From positions 800,001-864,000 of the forward strand of contig CAXXNF010000002.1 in NCBI GenBank assembly GCA_963666365.2: DNA of 64,000 nucleotides, written 5' to 3'. Under the pieces are notes generated by a model that saw only the letters and a list, made by a program, of their open reading frames with translations, was not told where the DNA came from and made no database searches. The translations under genes and the position numbers were made by a program. Of this stretch, positions 52,714 to 60,910 are shown one piece after another. Numbering within the stretch: position 1 is the first letter of the stretch; every line of letters begins with the position of its first letter. Source of the stretch: Syntrophales bacterium. GTDB taxonomy: Bacteria > Desulfobacterota > Syntrophia > Syntrophales > UBA2210.

Positions 52714-52735
52714 TGGTATAAGAATCGCTCTTATA
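52714..52735 (+). promoter_or_regulatory. Candidate sigma54 promoter overlapped by a palindromic operator, upstream of the GRE operon
   Basis: TGGTATAAGAATCGCT (GG-N10-GC) and inverted repeat TATAAGA-N5-TCTTATA. Confidence 0.45.
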
Positions 52736-52759
52736 AATTGCGTAAACAGGGATTAGTTA

Positions 52760-53680
52760 ATGAATGCCAAAAAAGGGTTAGTGCATAAAATTGAAAGGTT
52801 TTCCCACAATGACGGTCCGGGAATCAGGACGCTGGTCATCATGAAGGGGTGTCCTTTGAGATGTCGCTGGTGCTCTTCCCCCTACACACAGCTTCCTGAT
52901 CCTGAAATACTGTATGTCAGCAGCAAGTGTACAGGGTGCGGCGCCTGCATAGAGGCTTGCCCGCAAAAGGCAATATCGAGAAAAGACGATAATCCCGCTT
53001 TGGTCGCTACGGACCGAACGCTCTGCGTCGGGTGCGGCGCCTGCGTCGCTGCCTGCGTCAATCAGGCCAGGGAATTATCAGGTCTGCAGTATACCGCTGA
53101 GGAACTGTTCCGGGAAGTCGAAAAAGACGAGGCCTTCTACCGACGGAGCGGGGGCGGCGTCACTGTCGGCGGTGGAGAACCGACCATGCAGTCTGAATTC
53201 GTCGGAGAATTCCTGTTCCTCTGCCGTGAGCATTTTTTCCATAGAGCCATGGAAACCTGCGCAATGACGTCATCAGAAAAATTTGCCTCTCTGCTGGATT
53301 CACTCGACCTTGTCTATATTGATCTGAAGCATATGGATGAAGGACGCCACATCACATGGACGGGGGCGTCTAATCGTGGTATTCTCGAAAATATCCGAAG
53401 GGCGGCGCAGGGCAATCAGATAATCCTGCGTATTCCAGTGGTTCCGGGATTTAACGACTCCGAAAAGAACATTTCGGAGAGCGCACAATTTGTAAAGGAA
53501 CTGGGAAGCAATGTGGTGCGTCTGGAACTTTTGCCCTACCATCAGTTCGGCTTGCACAAATATGAAGAACTGGAGAGAAAGTACCTGCTCGACTCGGTCC
53601 AGCCGCCGTCGGAGGAACAGATGACTCGCCTGCAGGAAATAGCTCGGTCCTTCGGGATTGATGTCGAAATAGGCGGGTGA
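52760..53680 (+). CDS. Glycyl-radical enzyme activating protein (radical SAM, with 2x[4Fe-4S] insert)
   Basis: DGPGIRT, GCPLRCRWC, CTGCGACIEAC and CVGCGACVAAC, GGGVTVGGGEP, LLPYHQFG. Confidence 0.95.
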   Translation: MNAKKGLVHKIERFSHNDGPGIRTLVIMKGCPLRCRWCSSPYTQLPDPEILYVSSKCTGCGACIEACPQKAISRKDDNPALVATDRTLCVGCGACVAACVNQARELSGLQYTAEELFREVEKDEAFYRRSGGGVTVGGGEPTMQSEFVGEFLFLCREHFFHRAMETCAMTSSEKFASLLDSLDLVYIDLKHMDEGRHITWTGASNRGILENIRRAAQGNQIILRIPVVPGFNDSEKNISESAQFVKELGSNVVRLELLPYHQFGLHKYEELERKYLLDSVQPPSEEQMTRLQEIARSFGIDVEIGG

Positions 53681-53730
53681 ATTCCGTCGCACCGAACTTA
53701 TGAGAGAGAACATGGAGAAGGAGAAATCCT

Positions 53731-56175
53731 ATGGAAGCCGTTTTTGAGACTGAGAGCGTTCGCCGTCCGTCGTTACCCGAGGTGTCTCATCTGCCGATTA
53801 AGGGGAGGATTGAACGGTTGCGGCAATATCACCTGAGCACGCACTACACCGCATCCATCGATCGTCTGCGGATCGAAACGAGGATCATGAAGGAAACCGA
53901 AGGCGACCCGATGGTGATGCGCCGGGCGAAGGTGTTCGCCGCCGTCTGCCGCGAGATGCCGATCGTGATCTGGCCCGACGAGCTGATTATCGGGCATGCG
54001 GGCGCCCGTCCCCTCTGCAGGGACGTGATCCCCGACGACTGCGCCGTCCTTCTCAAGGGACAGCGGCTGGCATCCCTCATGGTGGATACCATCGAATACG
54101 GATTGAACGATTTCGATCCCGCCGATCAAAAGGAACTGATTGAAGAAATCGCCCCCTACTGGCGCGGAAGCGGAAAGTGGGAAAAAACGCACACCGGCAG
54201 CAACCTCCAGGCCCTGCCGGAATATTTAAAGGAGCTCATCATCCTGGATGCGGGCGACTTTCCACCGAAGCAGTCCATGATCTACACCCCCTTTTTTATT
54301 TCAGGTGGTCATTACGGGCATAATTCCATCTCCTATCCGGAGATTCTGGAAAAGGGGTTTTCGGGCTTTCTGAAAGAGGCCGAAGCGAAGCTGGCGACAA
54401 CGGACCCGAAGGACGGCGCTTCAAGAACATTTCTGGAAGCGGCGGTCCTCGCCCTGAAGGCTGCCGTCGGTGCAGGCGCGCGATTCGCGGATAAAGCGAG
54501 GGAGTGCGCTGAAAAGGAAAAAGATTCCCTGCGCAGGTCTGAACTGGAAGCAATCGCCGGCATCTGCGCGCGCGTTCCCGCTCATCCCGCCCGGACCTTT
54601 CACGAGGCGCTGCAGTCCATTTTCCTGGCCCAGGTATATCTGAACTGGGAATCGCCGATGATCCTTTCGCAGACCGCGGGAAGAATCGACCAGTACCTGT
54701 TCCCCTACCTCGAAGCGGATCTGCATCGGGGGCATATTACGGAAGACGAGGCGCAGGAGCTGCTGGACTGCTATCTCATCAAGCTCAACCACGTCAACCG
54801 CGGCAACCATCTTGCCGCAGGGGGCTACCGGGCCAACGGCCGCGACGGCACGAATGCACTTTCCTACATGCTGATCGAAAGCATGAAGCACATCCGTTTT
54901 GCCCATCCCTTCATAAGTGTCCTTGTCCACGCCCGGACACCCCGAAAACTGCTGATCAAGGCGGCCGAGCTCTCCGCCCTGGGAACGGGACATCCCGTGT
55001 ACCTGAACGCCGATATTCTCACCCTTCTCATGCTCGCCAGGGGAACTGCCGGCGGCCCGCCGATCACCCTGGAGCTGGCCCGGACTGCCACGCCGGTCGG
55101 CTGCTACGAGCCGGTCCTCATGGGCGTCGATTCGGGATACATGTTCGGCGGCTATTTTAACCTTGCGACAGTCCTCGAACTGGTGCTTACCAACGGATAC
55201 AGCCGCCATTATCGTAAAAGGATCGGAATCGAAACGGGCGATCCCCGCTGCTTCGCCACCTTTGAAGAATTCAAAGAAGCCTTTTACGGCCAGCTTTGCT
55301 ATATGATGAAGAATTTCACAGCCGCCACCGATGTATTTGAGCGAGTGCTGGCGGACCTGCTGCCCACGCCTTTCGAGTCCTGTCTGATCAGGGACTGTAT
55401 CGAAAGGGGGAAATCCCGGGAGGACGGCGGTGCACGGTTTAATTTCCGGACGATCATCGGCGCCGGATCGAGCGACGCCGGAGATTCACTGACCGCGATC
55501 CGAAAACTCGTGTTTGAAGAGAAAAAACTGACCATGGACGCCCTGTGCAAAGCGCTGGAAACAGATTTTAAAGGGTATGAAGAGATAAGAACGATGCTCG
55601 CCGTCGCATCGAAATTCGGCAACGACGATGACTATGCCGATGAACAGGTGGCCTGGGTCAGCCACATATTCGCGCAGGAAGTCGCTAAACAGAAGAATAC
55701 ACGGGGCGGCCACGCCGTGCCGATGGGCGCTCCCCTGCAGTACTACATGTTCGGCGGCTGGGTGGTGGGCGCCCTTCCCTCGGGAAGAAAGGCCTGGGAA
55801 CCGCTGTCCGATGCCTGGTCCCCCTGCGCCGGATGCGATGTCAGCGGCCCAACGGCCATCCTGGGCAGCATGGGTAAGGTCAACCATGCAGAGCTTACGG
55901 CCGGCGTGACACTGAATCTGCGTTTCGACCCTTCGATTTTCAGGGAGCGTGACGGCATCCCCCGATTCGTCGATTTCATCAGGGCCTTTGCGGATCAGGG
56001 CATTTTCCAGGTCCAGCTCAATATAATCGATACGGACACGCTCCTGCAGGCCCAGCAGGAGCCCGATAAATACCGTGACCTTGTGGTCAAGGTAGCGGGA
56101 TACAGCGCCTATTTCACGCAGCTGATCAAACCGCTCCAGGATGGGGTGATCGCAAGGACACAGCATAAAATTTAA
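53731..56175 (+). CDS. Glycyl radical enzyme, uncharacterised subfamily (paralog 1)
   Basis: PFL-like fold motifs DELIIG, PARTFHEALQ, GRIDQYL, KFGNDD; Cys loop GC458YE; Gly loop KVAG790YS. Confidence 0.93.
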   Translation: MEAVFETESVRRPSLPEVSHLPIKGRIERLRQYHLSTHYTASIDRLRIETRIMKETEGDPMVMRRAKVFAAVCREMPIVIWPDELIIGHAGARPLCRDVIPDDCAVLLKGQRLASLMVDTIEYGLNDFDPADQKELIEEIAPYWRGSGKWEKTHTGSNLQALPEYLKELIILDAGDFPPKQSMIYTPFFISGGHYGHNSISYPEILEKGFSGFLKEAEAKLATTDPKDGASRTFLEAAVLALKAAVGAGARFADKARECAEKEKDSLRRSELEAIAGICARVPAHPARTFHEALQSIFLAQVYLNWESPMILSQTAGRIDQYLFPYLEADLHRGHITEDEAQELLDCYLIKLNHVNRGNHLAAGGYRANGRDGTNALSYMLIESMKHIRFAHPFISVLVHARTPRKLLIKAAELSALGTGHPVYLNADILTLLMLARGTAGGPPITLELARTATPVGCYEPVLMGVDSGYMFGGYFNLATVLELVLTNGYSRHYRKRIGIETGDPRCFATFEEFKEAFYGQLCYMMKNFTAATDVFERVLADLLPTPFESCLIRDCIERGKSREDGGARFNFRTIIGAGSSDAGDSLTAIRKLVFEEKKLTMDALCKALETDFKGYEEIRTMLAVASKFGNDDDYADEQVAWVSHIFAQEVAKQKNTRGGHAVPMGAPLQYYMFGGWVVGALPSGRKAWEPLSDAWSPCAGCDVSGPTAILGSMGKVNHAELTAGVTLNLRFDPSIFRERDGIPRFVDFIRAFADQGIFQVQLNIIDTDTLLQAQQEPDKYRDLVVKVAGYSAYFTQLIKPLQDGVIARTQHKI

Positions 56176-56193
56176 TCGAGCAAGGAGAAAAAC

Positions 56194-58704
56194 ATGACCG
56201 ATCTTCTGGACAAATTCATCACCATAAAACCGACGGCACGCATGATGCGGCTTCGGGAATACTATGTGGAGAACACGAAGCGCACCGATCCCGTATACAC
56301 GATTTACTTCGACCGGGCGATCGCCAGGGTCATGAAAGAAACCGAAGGCGAACCTATGGTCCTGCGCCGCGCAAAGGCCTTTGCCGCGGCCGTCGAGGCC
56401 TTTCCCGTCGAGATCTTCCCCGACGAGCCCTTTGTGGGCTGGATCGGTGGATCTCCCCAGGCAATGCCGGTGGGTGCGGAACAGCTCGGCGCCCGCCTGG
56501 AAATAGAACTCGACCATTACAAGTACATGAGCGATGAGGATCGGAAGATCGTCAAGGAGGAGATCATCCCCTACTGGAAGGGCGAAGGCGACTGGAAACG
56601 GCACTGGTTTTATCAGAATTATCAGACGCTCCCCCCGGAAACGCGCAATCTTCTCTATGGTGACCCCGATCCGGATCTGGAAAAAATCAATATCATCACC
56701 CGGTCGAAGCCGCCGGCAATGCCCCGTGTCGAGGTGAAAGAAGTTCCCGGCAAAACGGACGGCCTGGGGCGGGGTTTTATCAGCGACGGCATGACCCGCC
56801 ACCACATCGGCCACAGCTCCTTTGGCTACGAAAAGATCCTCAAAAAGGGCTTCCTCGGCGTCAAAAAGGATGCTGAAGACCGTCTGGCCCGTCTGGACTG
56901 GAACGATACCGAAGAACAGAGGAAGGTCCCCTTCCTCAAAGGCGTTATTATTGCAATGGATGCGGCCGCCACAATAGGGAAAAAATTCGCGGCCGGCATA
57001 CGCGCGGCGGCCCGAAAGGAAAAAGAGCCCTGGAGAAAGGCCGAGTTCAAAAAAATGGCCGCCATCTGCGACCGCGTTCCCGCCCACCCGGCCCGCACCT
57101 TCCATGAGGCCCTGCAGTCGGCCTGGTTCACCCAGATATTGAACTGGTCCGAAACGCCCATCACTTTTGCCGTCGGCCCCGGCAAGGTCGACCAGTATCT
57201 CTATCCCTATTATGAAAAGGACATGCGGGAAGGCCGCCTCACTAAGGAAGAGGCCCAGGAACTGGTGGACTGCTGGCTCATGCGCTTTACTCAGGGGGTA
57301 TCGCCCTTCATCCCCCAGGCGGGCGCCGCCTACCATACGGATGTGGGCGGATTGAAGGCGGACGGAAGCGATGCGACCAACGATCTGTCATTGATGTTTC
57401 TTGAAGGAATGATACATACACGGATGGTGGAACCCAATTTCGGCGTGCTCGTCCACAGCAAAACGCCGGAGAATTTCCTGCTCAAGGCGTGCCAGCTCTG
57501 CGTACTGGGAACGGGACATCCCATGTTTCTGAACAACGACGTCTTCGTGGAGAATTTTCTGGCCCGCGGCACCCTGGGCGGACCGCCAGTTCCGCTTGCC
57601 CTGGCCCGCACCAGCGGCGCCATCGGCTGCAACGAGCCCCATGTGGCAAATTACGATTCGGAATTCAATGTAGGCCCCTTCCTTCTTCTGCCGCAGATGC
57701 TGGAACTGGCCCTCGCTGATGGATGGAGCCGGTATCACGAAAAATACATGGGTGTGCGCACCGGCGATCCCAGGAAATTCAAGACATTTGAGGAACTGCA
57801 GGAGGCCTACCTGAAACAGCTGGCCTATTTCGCCCATCATTGCGAGATCTCCAACAAGAATTCTGAACTCACCCTGGCCCAGCGGTATCCCACGGTGTAC
57901 ACGTCTGCCCTCATCGAAGACTGCATCGAAAAGGGCCGGACACGGGAAGACGGCGGCGCCCGATTCAACTTCGGCCCCTGCATCGCCACAGCCGGGGCCA
58001 CCGATGTCGGCGACTCTCTGGCCGCGATAAAAAAGCTGGTCTTTGAAGAGAAAACGATCACCATGACCGAACTTCTCGATGCGCTGGAGAACAACTTCGA
58101 GGGGTACGAATCCCTGCGCGAGGAACTGCTGCAGGCACCCAAGTTCGGGAACGACGACGATTACGTTGACGAGATCGTGGCCTGGGTCATGAAGACCTAC
58201 TGCGACGAAGTCGTCACTCACAAGAATACCCGTGGAGGACACCTGGTTCCTTATCAGAATCCCCTGGTCTGGTATGTGAGCACCGGAAGACTGGTGGGGG
58301 CACTCGCTTCTGGGAGAAAAGCCTGGGAACCTCTTTCCGATGGAATTTCTCCGACCAGGGGCGTCGATGTCAGCGGTCCCACGGCCGTCTTCAATTCCGT
58401 CGGCAAGCTCGACAACGCCGCCATTTTCTTCGGACAGACTCTAAACATGCGGCTTAATAAGGACATGTTCGGAACCGATGTGGGCGTCCGCAGGCTTGCA
58501 CAGATGATCAGGACCTTTGTCGATCTGAAGATCCATCACTGCCAGTTCAATCTGATATCATCGGAAACTCTGCGGGAAGCGCAACGGAAGCCCGAGGAAT
58601 ATCAGGATCTCCTGGTGAGGGTTGCCGGCTACGTCGCCTATTTCACCAGGCTGGGAAAGGCCGTACAGGACAGCATCATTGCCCGGAACGAGCATGGGAT
58701 GTAA
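56194..58704 (+). CDS. Glycyl radical enzyme, uncharacterised subfamily (paralog 2)
   Basis: PARTFHEALQ, GKVDQYL, PKFGNDD; Cys loop GC479NE; Gly loop RVAG812YV. Confidence 0.93.
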   Translation: MTDLLDKFITIKPTARMMRLREYYVENTKRTDPVYTIYFDRAIARVMKETEGEPMVLRRAKAFAAAVEAFPVEIFPDEPFVGWIGGSPQAMPVGAEQLGARLEIELDHYKYMSDEDRKIVKEEIIPYWKGEGDWKRHWFYQNYQTLPPETRNLLYGDPDPDLEKINIITRSKPPAMPRVEVKEVPGKTDGLGRGFISDGMTRHHIGHSSFGYEKILKKGFLGVKKDAEDRLARLDWNDTEEQRKVPFLKGVIIAMDAAATIGKKFAAGIRAAARKEKEPWRKAEFKKMAAICDRVPAHPARTFHEALQSAWFTQILNWSETPITFAVGPGKVDQYLYPYYEKDMREGRLTKEEAQELVDCWLMRFTQGVSPFIPQAGAAYHTDVGGLKADGSDATNDLSLMFLEGMIHTRMVEPNFGVLVHSKTPENFLLKACQLCVLGTGHPMFLNNDVFVENFLARGTLGGPPVPLALARTSGAIGCNEPHVANYDSEFNVGPFLLLPQMLELALADGWSRYHEKYMGVRTGDPRKFKTFEELQEAYLKQLAYFAHHCEISNKNSELTLAQRYPTVYTSALIEDCIEKGRTREDGGARFNFGPCIATAGATDVGDSLAAIKKLVFEEKTITMTELLDALENNFEGYESLREELLQAPKFGNDDDYVDEIVAWVMKTYCDEVVTHKNTRGGHLVPYQNPLVWYVSTGRLVGALASGRKAWEPLSDGISPTRGVDVSGPTAVFNSVGKLDNAAIFFGQTLNMRLNKDMFGTDVGVRRLAQMIRTFVDLKIHHCQFNLISSETLREAQRKPEEYQDLLVRVAGYVAYFTRLGKAVQDSIIARNEHGM

Positions 58705-58924
58705 GTGTTGTATCCGTTTTATAGCCGTTATTGTGGGCGTAAATTGCGACGTGGAGTCAAAAATTCTTGACTTGTGAGGGCCACTCGTATAGGCAGCCGT
58801 ACGGGAGAAAGTTTTATGATGGCATTCACCAGCCCGTGAAGGAATTTTATTGAGAACTCTTTTGAAAAATTGCGGATGTTTTACGAGTAACGGCACAGAA
58901 AAAAAATAGTTATTGTATTTTTTA

Positions 58925-59014
58925 CTTGCCGGGTGAGCAGCAGACTCCTACCGCATGGCGGGTATGCTCTGCCAGGCACTCAAGAAAGGCAGAGCGTGCA
59001 GCTCTGCTTTTTTT
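58925..59014 (+). ncRNA. Putative cis-regulatory RNA (riboswitch/attenuator) with intrinsic terminator upstream of the acyl-CoA ligase
   Basis: Hairpin GGGTG-AGCA-GCAGA...TCTGC-CAGG-CACTC, then terminator GGCAGAGC-GTGCA-GCTCTGC-T7; ATGCTCTGCC can alternatively pair with GGCAGAGCGT. Confidence 0.55.
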
Positions 59015-59138
59015 GTATGTCGTTCTGTGAAGCGTAAACCGGGATCTTCTCCCATATGAGAATGATCCCGTTAAATTCATGAAAATCCTTTCATGTACCG
59101 TGTAAGGATTTTGCAATAAAGGAGAAAGGAAAACGTAA

Positions 59139-60797
59139 ATGGAAACAAAACCATGGCATCGACTTTACGAGCACAATGTCCCCACCACAATAAGGTACCC
59201 CAGGTACCCTGCCCAGCAGCTGCTTCACATCAGCGCAGCCATGTTCCCTCACAAGGCGGCAACGAATTTATATGGTTCAGAACTGACATTCGGCCAGCTC
59301 CGGACGCAGGTACTGCGATTGGCTAATGCACTTATCGGAATGGGCATCAAAAAAGGGGATCGCATCGGCATGGCAATGGTCAACTGCCCTCAGTTTATCG
59401 TCGCCTATTTTGCGATCCTCTCGGCCGGCGGCATTGTCGTCAATATGAATCCCATGTACACGCACGACGAGCTGAAATTCATGATGGAAAACACGGGAAT
59501 GACGGGTATTTTCACTTTCGACGGCGCACTGCCGGTGATGCGACCATTGGTCAGGGAAGTGGGTCTGAAACACGTCATCGTCACAAAAGTATCGGACTAT
59601 ATGGATGGCGCCGCCATAAGTTCGGCCAAAAAGCTGGATCTTGAAGAAGGATGGCGCCACTTTTCGGAGTTGCTGGAAGAATCTAACGATACCCGAATTC
59701 CGCGCCTTCAGTTCAGTCCCGGCGATCCGGCCTTGATCCAGTTTACCGGGGGGACCACGGGCCTGCCGAAGGGGGCGGTCCTTACTCACGGAAACATTGT
59801 TTCCGCCGCCTTTCAGGGAAGCATCTGGGGTGAATCGATCAACCAGTTCGTACCTCACGAGAAAAGACTTGCCATTGCCGCGATCCCGTTCTTCCATGTC
59901 TACGGCAACATATGTTGCATCAACTGGTCGATGTTTAACGCCGGCACCCTGATTATCCTGCCTAAGTTCGACATTGACGAAGTGCTCGGCATCATCGCCC
60001 ATACGCCGGAAATAACCTACTTCCCGGCGGTACCGACAATGGTGACGGCCGTGGTCAATCATCCCAGGGCGGAAGAGATCAGGATCGGCGAGCACATTCA
60101 CTTACTCTCAAGCGGCGGCGCACCCATGCCGATGGAACTCATCAATAAGGTGAAAGACATGGGAATCTTTTTCAGCGAGGGATGGGGGATGAGCGAAACG
60201 ACGTCCGGCGGCATCAGCAACCCCATCATGAACCCCAAGGTGGGATCGATCGGAATTCCGCAGATCGACTTTGACGTAAAACTGGTGGATGTGGACGACG
60301 GCGTTGATGAGGTCAAGCCGGGAGAACCGGGGGAAATTGTTATCAAGGGACCGTCTGTTATGAAGGAATACTGGAACAACCCCGAGGAAACGGCCGCGCA
60401 ATTAAAGGATGGATGGCTCTATACCGGCGACATCGCCCAGACCGACGAAGACGGATACCTCTATATTGTTGACCGTAAAAAAGACATGATCATCGCCGGC
60501 GGATTCAATATTTATCCCCGTGAAGTGGATGAGGTGCTCTATCAACATCCGAAAATCGCTGAAGCCGTAGCAGTGGGCGTTCCCGACGCCTATCGCGGAG
60601 AAACAATCAAGGCCTTTATCGTGCTCAAACAGGGACAGCAGGCCACGGAAAAAGAAGTAATCGCATTCTGCAAGGAGAAGCTTGCTGCGTACAAAGTGCC
60701 GAAGCTGATCGAATTCCGTGAATCCATCCCGAAGTCGAACATCGGTAAAATCCTGAGGAAGATTCTCAGAGAAGAGGAAATCGCAAAGAGCAGCTAG
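59139..60797 (+). CDS. Long-chain-fatty-acid--CoA ligase family AMP-binding enzyme
   Basis: FTGGTTGLPKG, EGWGMSE, GWLYTGD, DRKKDMI..GGFNIYPREV, PKSNIGKILR. Confidence 0.92.
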   Translation: METKPWHRLYEHNVPTTIRYPRYPAQQLLHISAAMFPHKAATNLYGSELTFGQLRTQVLRLANALIGMGIKKGDRIGMAMVNCPQFIVAYFAILSAGGIVVNMNPMYTHDELKFMMENTGMTGIFTFDGALPVMRPLVREVGLKHVIVTKVSDYMDGAAISSAKKLDLEEGWRHFSELLEESNDTRIPRLQFSPGDPALIQFTGGTTGLPKGAVLTHGNIVSAAFQGSIWGESINQFVPHEKRLAIAAIPFFHVYGNICCINWSMFNAGTLIILPKFDIDEVLGIIAHTPEITYFPAVPTMVTAVVNHPRAEEIRIGEHIHLLSSGGAPMPMELINKVKDMGIFFSEGWGMSETTSGGISNPIMNPKVGSIGIPQIDFDVKLVDVDDGVDEVKPGEPGEIVIKGPSVMKEYWNNPEETAAQLKDGWLYTGDIAQTDEDGYLYIVDRKKDMIIAGGFNIYPREVDEVLYQHPKIAEAVAVGVPDAYRGETIKAFIVLKQGQQATEKEVIAFCKEKLAAYKVPKLIEFRESIPKSNIGKILRKILREEEIAKSS

Positions 60798-60860
60798 TGC
60801 CGAGGAGAAGGACTCGCCGCCAACGAACATCTTTTCGGCATACCGGCTGTTCTTATCCCC

Positions 60861-60901
60861 AAGAGGGTCGGTTCCGCAGCAGGAACTGACCCTTTCTTTT
60901 T
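60861..60901 (+). terminator. Intrinsic terminator between the convergent ligase and SH3-protein genes
   Basis: AGGGTCGGTTCC-GCAGCA-GGAACTGACCCT followed by a T-rich tract. Confidence 0.85.
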
Positions 60902-60910
60902 ACAAGCCGA

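Noticed and set aside
55486..57336. 616-aa minus-strand ORF, plus 54421-55209 and 57388-58242
   Set aside because: Antisense shadows of the GRE genes; no recognisable motifs; expected from GC-rich codon bias of the sense genes.
53731..58704. Annotation as pyruvate formate-lyase, benzylsuccinate synthase or choline TMA-lyase
   Set aside because: No Cys-Cys pair, no small subunits, Cys loops differ from GCVE, and no microcompartment genes.
58925..58985. SRP (4.5S) RNA
   Set aside because: The AGCA/CAGG loop is in reversed polarity, there is no GGAA tetraloop, and the hairpin is short and tied to a terminator.
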